A DNA stretch of 49,379 nt from a virus (IMGVR_UViG_3300028832_000101:1-49379), one strand, 5' to 3'. Numbered from the stretch's first letter, positions 33,527 to 42,266 are shown. Notes: a model not told the origin generated them from the sequence alone. Program-made: numbers and translations.

Positions 33527-33731
33527 CTTGCTTCTCCTCGACAGGTTCTACCTCTTTAAAGAATTGTCTAAAAACATCTAGCATTTCTTCTTCTTCATAA
33601 AACCATGGGTCTCTAGAACAAGTGCCTAATACATTTACAATTAATTGTCCAAATCTCCAATCTTGTGCATGTTCCTTCCATATTCTTGCAAGTTCAGTAC
33701 AAAATTCATCTATTCTATTAATATCTCTCAT
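33510..33731 (-). CDS. Small hypothetical protein (DWRFGQL motif), 73 aa
   Basis: RBS and ORF. Confidence 0.7.
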   Translation of the reverse strand: MRDINRIDEFCTELARIWKEHAQDWRFGQLIVNVLGTCSRDPWFYEEEEMLDVFRQFFKEVEPVEEKQDEGEE

Positions 33732-33824
33732 ATTAATTCACTTCCTTTTCTTATTTATATAATATTTTATTAAAAAACTAATGCGGCAGTACTCGATCTA
33801 GAAAACATAGGTCGAGTCCTTATT

Positions 33825-34478
33825 TCAATAATAATATGAATCACTAGACCCTCTACCATTATAACTATCATAAGTATCATAATCATAAATAGGAGAGCCA
33901 TGTGAAATTCCAAAATCGTAACATACTAATACACCATCACTATTATAAGCAATATTGCCATCTCTTAAATCAGTTAAGTCAAATCCCATATCTGCAAGAG
34001 CATCAAGTGTCTTTTTATTCTTTTCCATAAAATCCCAGCCTCTAGGCCATCCATAATCATTACCACTTGTGTTATGAATAAATTCTTGCTCTATAATAGG
34101 AACTCCATTTCTATCTAAATAATAATCTTTTATTCTAGCAAAACCTGATATATCATAACCTTGCTTTTCTAATTCAACAAGATGTTCCCATACCATAATT
34201 TCAAATACAATTTGACCAATAGACCAAACTAAACCTTCATGATAATCACATAAATCATCTATAAATTTTCTATAATCAGTTGCTTCATATGGATAATGTA
34301 ATACTTTAGTTCCCATATCTATTTCTTCATATCCTAAAGGTATTTTATAACAAGTTTCTTCTTTTGCATAACCATATTTACTAGCTCCACAATCTAAGAA
34401 TTCTGCTTCACCCATTATTTTTCTTGCGTCAATATCTTCTCTAACTCTAAATACTAATTCCCTTTCCATATTTATCAC
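33825..34478 (-). CDS. Protein-kinase-like fold enzyme, about 214 aa
   Basis: G-loop LDCGASKYGY, beta3 Lys CYKIP, catalytic DLRDGNI, DFG. Confidence 0.75.
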   Translation of the reverse strand: MINMERELVFRVREDIDARKIMGEAEFLDCGASKYGYAKEETCYKIPLGYEEIDMGTKVLHYPYEATDYRKFIDDLCDYHEGLVWSIGQIVFEIMVWEHLVELEKQGYDISGFARIKDYYLDRNGVPIIEQEFIHNTSGNDYGWPRGWDFMEKNKKTLDALADMGFDLTDLRDGNIAYNSDGVLVCYDFGISHGSPIYDYDTYDSYNGRGSSDSYYY

Positions 34479-34564
34479 TCCTTTTATATTATATATTAAT
34501 TATATAATAATTTAATTTAAAAATCAATAGCAAATAAAAAGCGGCGGCCCTTTAATTTAGCCGC

Positions 34565-35293
34565 CTATTTTAATTCTATAAAATCTTTATATAAACATCT
34601 ATAATTATCCCCTAATTTAATATCAGTATGATAATGTCCAAACCACCATTGATTAAATATAATATTATTTTTTAATTTTTCAAGGTTATCTTCACTTTTA
34701 TGAATATTATTATTTTCATTTATATTGCTTAATGTATATAAGAACCCTTTATTATTTTCAACAACGGATCTAGGCCCACAATGACTAAATATATAATAGA
34801 AAGACCCTTTAATATCTTTTATATCATCTTCAGTTATAGTCTCATCTGCCCACCAAGTTTCATGTTCAGTTCTCCACCAAGTGTCAACACTATCAGCGCC
34901 CCCAATAAATAATGCTTTTCTATTTTCTATATGGTCTCCGCAATCGATTTCTATAAAAGTTTGAAAGCCTCTTGGTAAGTAGTGTATATGATTTGAATTA
35001 TCATATATATCTTTATTATTACAATTCCAAGAATTAATTACATCAAAATTTTCATGATTACCGTCAATCCAATATAAATGAACTCCATTACAATTCATTT
35101 CATAATAATCTTTTTTTTCTTGATTTATAGCATCATTATTTTCAAAGAAAACTCCAAAATCTCCTAAAACAATTATATTATCTTCTGGTTGTAAATTAAA
35201 TTTATGAATAAAATCTATTATTTCAGTTAGACTTCCATGAATATCTCCTTTAATAAAAGTTCTTCCAATATAATTCTTTTCCATAAATATCAC
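34565..35293 (-). CDS. Calcineurin-like metallophosphoesterase, about 239 aa
   Basis: GDIHG, LGDFG, DGNHE, FSH and FGHYH. Confidence 0.9.
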   Translation of the reverse strand: MIFMEKNYIGRTFIKGDIHGSLTEIIDFIHKFNLQPEDNIIVLGDFGVFFENNDAINQEKKDYYEMNCNGVHLYWIDGNHENFDVINSWNCNNKDIYDNSNHIHYLPRGFQTFIEIDCGDHIENRKALFIGGADSVDTWWRTEHETWWADETITEDDIKDIKGSFYYIFSHCGPRSVVENNKGFLYTLSNINENNNIHKSEDNLEKLKNNIIFNQWWFGHYHTDIKLGDNYRCLYKDFIELK

Positions 35294-35805
35294 CTCTTTT
35301 ATTTATACATATATTATATAATAATATTATAAAAAAATCAAAATAAAAAAAGAGGTCTAGCAAAAACACTAGACCTCGTGGAAAGGGATTGAATTTGTAA
35401 AGAAGTATAAGAATAATCTTTCTCTTCTTTACAATTATATTATACCAAAAATTTTTGGTATAAGCAAATTTTTATTAAAAAAAATACATAAAATTAGTAT
35501 TTTTTTTAATCTAAGTTTTGTATCCCTCTAAGAAGAGGGATGCCTACGAAAGGGATATACACAGTAATAAAGTCTAAGGTTTCCTGTATTAAGGCTGACT
35601 AACTCATAGACGAAAAATCCAGCCATATATCATGAGTAGTGTATTTATAAAATACACTAGTGAACAAATTACAAGATTCATATAATTTGTTCACTACTAT
35701 ATTTTATAAAGTTTCTACGCAGACCCGAACACACCAAACAGTCTGTGGGAGATTCCAAAGAACATTCTCCGCTTCCAAATAAAGTGAGTGATAATTATTT
35801 AATTC

Positions 35806-36469
35806 TACTTAGTGTGCTTTGATAAAAGAAATAATTTAGGTACTCCTCGTACTAAGACATATATTAAGTCAACATTCGGTCACTAGCGAATATAAAGCCT
35901 CATACAAGGAGCTACCTCGTAATCTTTTATATCCACCTTACGGGCTAAAACTAGATAAGGTTGATACTTACTACTTTCACAGGCGATAGGCTAAATCTTT
36001 TTTCCTCAAAAATCCTTGGCACGGATCGCATTCATGTACTATATACGCAGCTTTCTGCTACTCGCACTTCCATCCCTTCTTATAGTCCATTACTGAACTC
36101 TCAACTGCGTTATGATTTTTTGGCATAGACAATAAATAGATAAACTATAAATTGCCCTGACAAGTACTTTCCTACCCTATACCCGCCACAGGTATCAGGT
36201 GACTTGCTCTACACACCCACTGGGCTGTCGAAATTTCATCACGAAAGGACAGAATACCTTATTCAAATAATATATTCCCACCATCGACACCTCTGTTTTG
36301 CTCTATTAAAGCATCTGGCGGCTATTGTTACCTTTAGTCGCATCTCCGTCCTTCCAGAGTTTCCACCCCAGAATATGAAGGTACAAGGCTGATGTCCACT
36401 CTCGGCTTGCACTCACCGAGTCTTTCAAATGGTTCAAAATTATTTACTTTTATCAAAGAACACTAAGTA
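35806..36469 (-). ncRNA. Large structured RNA, ROOL/GOLLD-like, about 660 nt
   Basis: 23-bp closing helix (36447-36469 with 35806-35828), many internal hairpins, raised GC, own promoter near 36590, no ORF, adjacent to tRNAs. Confidence 0.65.
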
Positions 36470-36740
36470 AGAAGTAATGGCTCTTAATTGGAACATAAGT
36501 TTGAGTATTGACTTAGTTTGAGCAACCCATCTCAAATACCATAACTTTTATTTACTTATTACAAATATATTATATAATAATTTTTTCAAATTATCAACTA
36601 ATATATTTTTATCAATGTCTTTCTGCGACTTTTAAATAATAAGCTATCCGAAACTTACGAAAGGCATTGATAAAAATATATTAATTATTTATTACATAAC
36701 TATTATAACAAAAATTTTTAGTTTTTGCAAATTTTTTCAA

Positions 36741-36818
36741 TGGTTGCGGCGGGTGGGATTTGAACCCACGACCCCTAGGTTATGAGCCTAGTGAGCTACC
36801 AGACTGCTCTACCCCGCT
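36741..36818 (-). tRNA. trnM: tRNA-Met(CAT), initiator-like
   Basis: Cloverleaf, unpaired 1:72, fMet-like D arm, encoded CCA; one extra nt in acceptor. Confidence 0.85.
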
Positions 36819-37371
36819 ATAAATAAGCGTGAGCCTATTTAAGCACCCCAGCTCACAAGGTTCGGTTTCATGTTGCTTTTTTTAAGGGGTTAGAACATCA
36901 CCGCCGCAGTATCCCCAAAAGTTTTAAGTGAGAGTACAGTTTTTATTAGAAATTCCTTTTTTGCACAGGGAGAATTATTTGGTAAACTGTAACCGTTCAT
37001 CCTAACAACCCAAATATTACCTTTAAGTTTTTTGTTGAGAAACTAACCGCAGTAATGTCGTATCAAAACTCTAGTTTCTACTTGAAACTTGGTACTTCAC
37101 TGCTACTAGGTAGCTGATACCTTTAAAGAATTATATAAAACAAGTGGACTTATTGCCTGAGGTTTTTGATAACGGAGAACTCATTGTTTAAGCATTACCC
37201 TGTTCACTCAGTGGGTTTCGCAAACTCCAAAATTAAGATTTTTTCTTTTTTATTACATTTATATTATATTATAAATTTTTTATAAAATCAATTAATCACT
37301 TTTTACCAAAGTTTTTTAATTTCTTTTTTTATTACATTTATATTATATTATAATTTTTTAAAAATATCAAT

Positions 37372-37926
37372 TTATGATTTATAAGTTGCAATTAATTCAT
37401 TTATTTGATCTGAATCTAATACTTTTTCAACTTCTATAAAAACCCCTTTTAATAAATCTTGTTTTAAATTAGGGTTCTTTTCTTTTAATCTATCTAAAAT
37501 ACGATATCCCCTTTTCCCAGGTAGATAATATATTTTTCCATCTAATTCTAATTCAAGAGCATAAACATAAATAGATATATGATTAGAAATAATAGATTTA
37601 ATCTCAGCCTCATCATCAAATGTATCCTTTTTTACAATAGTAAGCATTTTACTTACTTTTGCATCATCTGTATAATATGCTATTTCATAACCTTGATTTC
37701 TGTAATCCATAACAGTTTCTGTTACTGCAATATTATATAGATTAGAATTGGCGGAAATGCCCATATCTATATATTGTTTATTTTGTTTTAGATAATACAT
37801 ATATCTTACTCTGTATCCTTTTGCTCATAGAAAAATTGTGGATATAATTATACATATAAAAAATATTTTTAAAATAAATTTCCATTTTATATATATTTTT
37901 TTCTTATTTAATAATTCATTCGTCAT
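37372..37926 (-). CDS. Membrane-anchored protein, 184 aa with one TGA read as Trp
   Basis: ATG 37926 with GGAGG RBS, hydrophobic N-terminus, TGA at 37825-37827 in frame with ORF 37372..37800. Confidence 0.75.
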
Positions 37927-38061
37927 TCTTTCCCTCCTAGCTTAAACAAGGTTTGAGAAGGTTATAAAACCTTCTCTGTTTAATATATTTTCTTTGGAAG
38001 AAATGAAAATATGAAATTGTTATTATTTATAAAGCATTACAATTTCGCTTTTAAAAATAAG

Positions 38062-38146
38062 TGCCCTTGACCAGAATTGCACTGGATATAAGCGGGTTCA
38101 CTAATAAAAGTGCCATACGCTTGTCTTACTTTTAAACGACAAGGAC
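38062..38146 (-). ncRNA. tRNA-like element with extended anticodon arm, no CCA
   Basis: 7-bp acceptor GTCCTTG/CAAGGGC, D and T arms present, bulged long middle arm. Confidence 0.55.
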
Positions 38147-38420
38147 ATAAATAATGAGAATTTTTTTCTATGAAGAAGGATAATTCTCAAACCAAGTCTC
38201 AATTGAAAAAATAATTTAATAATTTTGGTTATAATAAAAATATTATATAACATATATACCTCGAGTTTATTACAACCGTTCGTAAGTCTTACTAGCGGAC
38301 GTGGCCCCGCTCCCAACCACTATATTAGGATAGCCTCCTTTTAAAAAGGTAATCAAGTGCTGATAGCACCAACCAAAACCCCTAGTTTATAGTCATTGCG
38401 GACTTAATAGAGTTTATTTG

Positions 38421-38491
38421 TGTGAGCCTCAAGAATTGAACTTGACTTCTTCCTTTTTAGGAAGCGTGCTACCATTAACACTAAGTCCCAC
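38421..38491 (-). ncRNA. tRNA-like element with 6-nt anticodon loop, no CCA
   Basis: D arm GTGT/GCAC, CTTCC-TAAAAA-GGAAG, T arm TCAAG-TTCAATT-CTTGA. Confidence 0.6.
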
Positions 38492-38653
38492 ATATATATC
38501 AAGATACCGCAAGCCACTTAAAATCCATAAATTAAAAACTACAATATTGCTTTTGGTATCTTATAATTATTATAATAAAAATTTTAGTTTATTTCAACTT
38601 TCTTTTTTATTTTACAATTATATTATATAATTATTTTTATAAAAAATCAAAAA

Positions 38654-38740
38654 TGGTACCAGCGGTGAGACTTGAACTCACACACCCTTGCGGATACGGC
38701 ATTTTAAGTGCCGTGCGTCTACCGATTCCGCCACGCTGGC
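38654..38740 (-). tRNA. trnL: tRNA-Leu(TAA)
   Basis: CGGCA-CT TAA AA-TGCCG, long variable arm, CCA. Confidence 0.93.
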
Positions 38741-38749
38741 ATATATAAA

Positions 38750-38825
38750 TGGTGGCTTGACCAAGAGTCGAACTTGGATCATCGGATTTTCAGTCCGCTG
38801 CATAGACCAGCTTTGCTATCAAGCC
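38750..38825 (-). tRNA. trnF: tRNA-Phe(GAA)
   Basis: Loop CT GAA AA, CCA. Confidence 0.93.
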
Positions 38826-38828
38826 AAA

Positions 38829-39202
38829 TGGTGGACCCGAGGAGATTCGAACTCCTGTCCTAGTACTGCGTCATATATACTTACTTTCTTACAAGCTTAG
38901 TTGCATTTTAAAAACTCTATTTCTATTTATGCAACACTATTTGAAATAGGTCTTTACACATTAAATAAGATAATATGCCTGTAAAGAAACATATTAAATT
39001 TGTCCCTCTAGATAAGTCTACTATATTTTCACGAGGGTATTACTCATATAATAGTCGCCTACGCAAAAGATAATGCGTTTACAGTAAATAAAGATTTAAC
39101 TTTATTAGCGATTTTTGTTAAAATGTTGTCATTTAATATTTAAGTTTGTTTTGCTTGTTTCAATATATTGGCTACATCTAGTCGAAACCATAAAACGAGC
39201 CC
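38829..39202 (-). ncRNA. ssrA: tmRNA, tag (A)DNILTKIANKVKSLFTVNALSFA
   Basis: 5' GGGCTCGT..GGTTTCGAC, 3' T arm and GGGTCCACCA with G3.U pair; tag ORF 39130-39059 ends TAG. Confidence 0.92.
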
Positions 39203-39212
39203 ATAAATAAAA

Positions 39213-39289
39213 TGGCGGTCTGTACGGGATTCGAACCCGTGATCTCCTGAGTGACAGTCAGACGTGATAGACCCCTACACTAACAGACC
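39213..39289 (-). tRNA. trnD: tRNA-Asp(GTC)
   Basis: Loop CT GTC AC, CCA. Confidence 0.93.
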
Positions 39290-39349
39290 ATAACCCCTCT
39301 TATATAGAGGGTCGGCGGGAATACTCCGGCCTACGTAAATACAATAAAT

Positions 39350-39426
39350 TGGTAGCTCCAATAGGATTTGAACCTATGACCTATGGGGTATGAATCCATT
39401 GCTCTAGCCAACTGAGCTATGGAGCT
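39350..39426 (-). tRNA. tRNA-CAT (elongator Met or Ile2)
   Basis: Loop TT CAT AC, CCA; identity not resolvable by eye. Confidence 0.85.
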
Positions 39427-39433
39427 ATAAACA

Positions 39434-39510
39434 TGGTGCGGGATTGAGGATTTGAACCTCAGACCCTTCGCGTATCAGACGAATGCTCTAACCAACTGAG
39501 CTAATCCCGC
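39434..39510 (-). tRNA. trnI: tRNA-Ile(GAT)
   Basis: Loop CT GAT AC, CCA. Confidence 0.93.
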
Positions 39511-39522
39511 ATATATAAAAAA

Positions 39523-39598
39523 TGGTGTCCGGAGAGAGGCTTGAACTCTCGACCCTCTGATTAAAAGTCAGATGCTCTACCAACTGAGCTACCCGGGC
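39523..39598 (-). tRNA. trnK: tRNA-Lys(TTT)
   Basis: Loop CT TTT AA, CCA. Confidence 0.93.
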
Positions 39599-39605
39599 AT
39601 ATATA

Positions 39606-39695
39606 TCATTAGCTAGGATTCTCACCTAGACCTTTGACCTCCACGGCCAATGTACTAGACAGCATAGCATATATTGCAATTCATCTATACCAATA
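39606..39695 (-). ncRNA. Degenerate tRNA-like element with enlarged D region
   Basis: TTGGC-CGTGGAG-GTCAA arm and CTAGG-TGAGAAT-CCTAG arm; weak acceptor, no CCA. Confidence 0.35.
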
Positions 39696-39777
39696 TAAAA
39701 GTCAGTGGTCATTTAGTTGCATGCTACCTAAACTCCGGACTACCATATATTTATACTACTAATGTAAAAATTCAAAC

Positions 39778-39853
39778 TGGCGCGGGATGTAGGGCTCGAA
39801 CCTACGACCTAACGGTTAACAGCCGTGCGCTCTACCGACTGAGCTAATCCCGC
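39778..39853 (-). tRNA. trnN: tRNA-Asn(GTT)
   Basis: Loop CT GTT AA, CCA. Confidence 0.93.
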
Positions 39854-39856
39854 AAA

Positions 39857-39934
39857 TGGTGACGGGTACGGGATTCGAACCCGTGAGTCCATGCGTGAAA
39901 GGCATGTGTGTTAAGCCGTCTTCACCAACCCGCC
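39857..39934 (-). tRNA. trnE: tRNA-Glu(TTC)
   Basis: Loop CT TTC AC, CCA. Confidence 0.93.
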
Positions 39935-40052
39935 ATAACAGTAAGTAGGAATATATCCTACTTACCAAGATAGTTTCGTAAAACTACCCGCAATTCCTTG
40001 CTTTTCTTTTTTATTACAATTATATTATATTATATTTTTATTGAAAAATCAA

Positions 40053-40649
40053 TTAAATATATTTTAAAGGATTAACCTTTTTTCCTTTTATCATTATTTC
40101 AAAATGTAAATGTGGTCCAGTTGCATTACCAGTAGATCCAACTAAGCCGATTAATTGCCCAGCTGAAACTTTCTGTCCCTTTTTTATCTTATATGCACTA
40201 AGATGCCCATATCTAGAGATGCTTCCATCTGAATGTTTTATTTCAATCAAATTTCCCATATTTCCAGAATACCTAGCAGTTATTACAGTGCCAGATTTTC
40301 AAGCCAGTACTTTAGTTCCTTTTTTTGCTACTAAATCTACCCCTTTATGATAAGCAGTAAATTTAGAGCTTATATATTTATAGTGGGCAATAGGCAAATA
40401 TGTTGTTACTATTGGTTTGTTTTCTGCGGCGGCCGCCTTTATTTCAGGTTGAATTTCAACGACCTCTGTAACTGGAATTTCCTCTGTTTGAGGAATATCT
40501 TCTATTATAGAAGATTTCATTTTAAATGGAAATAATGCTAAAAATAATATTAAAATTGTAATAAATAATAAAAAAATGACCTTCTTATTAATTTTTTCCA
40601 CCCTTAATCCCTTACGGGAGGGGAGGCTACTTTTTTCAATTCTTGTCAT
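40053..40649 (-). CDS. Membrane-anchored M23 peptidoglycan endopeptidase, 198 aa with one TGA read as Trp
   Basis: HKGVD (HxxxD) and YGH/PHLHF halves join through TGA at 40299-40301. Confidence 0.9.
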
Positions 40650-40680
40650 ATCGTGTCCTTTCTTGTACTGTCAAGAAACA

Positions 40681-40761
40681 TGGAGACCGGGGTCAGATTT
40701 GAACTGACGACTTATACATGATTTGCAGTCATGCGTGTTGAACCAACTTCACCACCCAGTC
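40681..40761 (-). tRNA. trnC: tRNA-Cys(GCA)
   Basis: Loop CT GCA AA, U73, CCA. Confidence 0.9.
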
Positions 40762-40771
40762 AACAATTAAA

Positions 40772-40857
40772 TGGTGCGGGATGAAGGACTTGAACCTACA
40801 ATGAATAAATTCGCGAGTTCCTAAGACTCGTGCCTATACCAATTCGGCTAATCCCGC
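40772..40857 (-). tRNA. trnL: tRNA-Leu(TAG)
   Basis: Loop CT TAG GA, long variable arm, CCA. Confidence 0.92.
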
Positions 40858-40861
40858 AAAA

Positions 40862-40936
40862 TGGGGTGAAATAAGGGTTATGCTCCCCTGCATCCAGAGC
40901 CACAATCTGGCGTACTACTATTATACTAATTTCACC
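40862..40936 (-). tRNA. trnH: tRNA-His(GTG) with atypical T loop AGCATAA
   Basis: G-1:C73, loop TT GTG GC, CCA. Confidence 0.85.
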
Positions 40937-40941
40937 ATAAA

Positions 40942-41029
40942 TGGTGGGTGTTGAGAGAATCGCACTCACTCGAACCATAAGATACCGGTTTTACAGACCA
41001 GCCCGCCTGCTTTAACGGATTAAACACCC
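40942..41029 (-). tRNA. trnY: tRNA-Tyr(GTA)
   Basis: Loop CT GTA AA, long variable arm, T loop TGCGATT, CCA. Confidence 0.88.
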
Positions 41030-41032
41030 ATA

Positions 41033-41121
41033 TGGCGCCTAGTAGAGGACTCGAACCTCTAAGCCGAACAAACGACCAACGGTTTTCAAGACCGCCCGAC
41101 TACCAGTTATCACAACTAGGC
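41033..41121 (-). tRNA. trnS: tRNA-Ser(TGA), reads UCN
   Basis: Loop CT TGA AA, long variable arm, G73, CCA. Confidence 0.92.
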
Positions 41122-41124
41122 ATA

Positions 41125-41364
41125 TTATTTTATTCTAACCCTATCCTCTTGTTCTTCTTTTCTTAATTCATGTTCACGATAACCAAATTCATGTAATAAA
41201 TCTCTAAATGGTTTTGATACTCCTGGGACATAAATTCTACATACTAATTCATAAGCACAAATATTTACAATATCTTGCTTTCCTTCTCTATCTGCTTGTG
41301 AAAGCCAATTAATTAATAGAGTTGTTGGAACAGTTTTAAATTCTTCTAATCGTTTATCTTCCAT
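41125..41364 (-). CDS. Hypothetical protein, 79 aa
   Basis: GGGGAAGTG RBS, between tRNAs. Confidence 0.7.
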   Translation of the reverse strand: MEDKRLEEFKTVPTTLLINWLSQADREGKQDIVNICAYELVCRIYVPGVSKPFRDLLHEFGYREHELRKEEQEDRVRIK

Positions 41365-41390
41365 TATTTTTCACTTCCCCTTTTTAAAAA

Positions 41391-41467
41391 TGGTCGGAGA
41401 AACAGGATTTGAACCTGCAACCTCTTGGTCCCAAACCAAGTGCACTACCAAATTGTGCTACTCTCCG
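41391..41467 (-). tRNA. trnP: tRNA-Pro(TGG)
   Basis: Loop TT TGG GA, CCA. Confidence 0.93.
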
Positions 41468-41472
41468 ATATA

Positions 41473-41548
41473 TGGTATCCCCACTAGGACTCGAACCTAG
41501 AATAGACGCCTTAGAAGGGCGTTGCATTATCCTTTGTGCTATGGGGAC
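41473..41548 (-). tRNA. trnR: tRNA-Arg(TCT)
   Basis: Loop CT TCT AA, CCA. Confidence 0.92.
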
Positions 41549-41578
41549 ATAAAAAGACACTATAAATGAAATAGTGTC

Positions 41579-41824
41579 TTACCCCTTAATACCAAAATCT
41601 TTTATATCCTTTATTTGCTCGTCCATTATTTTCTTTTTTATTTTATATTTATTTATTCTATTACCTAGACACCATGGACATTGATTAGCCGCACCTCCGC
41701 GTCTACCTCCATGATTTCTACAAGTTCTATCAACAGACTTACAATAAGGTTGTCCTTTAGTACCATATTCTATTCTATGTTCTTTTCCCGATTTTATCGC
41801 TTTTACAAGAGACATAGTCTCCAC
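41579..41824 (-). CDS. Basic Cys/His-containing protein (CRNHGG..CPWC), 81 aa
   Basis: GGAGGTGG RBS; possible Zn site. Confidence 0.75.
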   Translation of the reverse strand: METMSLVKAIKSGKEHRIEYGTKGQPYCKSVDRTCRNHGGRRGGAANQCPWCLGNRINKYKIKKKIMDEQIKDIKDFGIKG

Positions 41825-41831
41825 CTCCTTA

Positions 41832-42086
41832 TTATGAGGCGGCTTCTACTATTTCATTTAATTTTGCTAAATTTTTTCTATATCTTCTTCCTGAGCCTTT
41901 TGGATGTGCGGCAGCGAATGCTTTTGCAGCTTCCATAATTTCTTGGCTTTTAGAAGTTAAATATTTAGAAGCTTGAGGATTTCTTCTTAACTTTTTATTA
42001 GTTTTTCCTTTTCTATCTAAATTAAATTGAGTTCTTTGATAATGTCCTTCACCTGTATGTGATGCACCTTTTCTTTTCTTTGCCAT
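41832..42086 (-). CDS. Very basic protein, 84 aa
   Basis: Own TTGACA promoter; RKGKTNKKL motif. Confidence 0.75.
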   Translation of the reverse strand: MAKKRKGASHTGEGHYQRTQFNLDRKGKTNKKLRRNPQASKYLTSKSQEIMEAAKAFAAAHPKGSGRRYRKNLAKLNEIVEAAS

Positions 42087-42161
42087 AATCCTTAACCTTC
42101 TTTCTTTTATTTTTCTATATATATTATATTATATTTTTTCTTTACTGTCAACAAAAATAAT

Positions 42162-42257
42162 TGGCAGGGGCTAAAGGATTCGAACCCTTACCTGGAGTTT
42201 TGGAGACCCCACTCTATGGTTTTGAAGACCACTGTGCTGCCTTTACACTAAGCCCCT
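42162..42257 (-). tRNA. trnW: tRNA-Trp body with two tandem anticodon arms: UCA (UGA-reading) and CCA
   Basis: AGGGGCT TA GTGT-AAAGGCA-GCAC A GTGGT-CTTCAAA-ACCAT AGAGT GGGGT-CTCCAAA-ACTCC AGGT AAGGG-TTCGAAT-CCTTT AGCCCCT G CCA. Confidence 0.85.
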
Positions 42258-42266
42258 ATATTAGTC

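Noticed and set aside
41033-41121. tRNA with anticodon TGA as an opal suppressor
   Set aside because: Anticodon TGA reads UCA (Ser). This is an ordinary class II tRNA-Ser.
42162-42257. Selenocysteine tRNA (UCA anticodon with long extra arm)
   Set aside because: It has a 7-bp acceptor and 4-bp D stem rather than the 8-bp and 6-bp Sec pattern, and a Trp-type acceptor. No sel genes are in the window, and the TGA contexts fit Trp.
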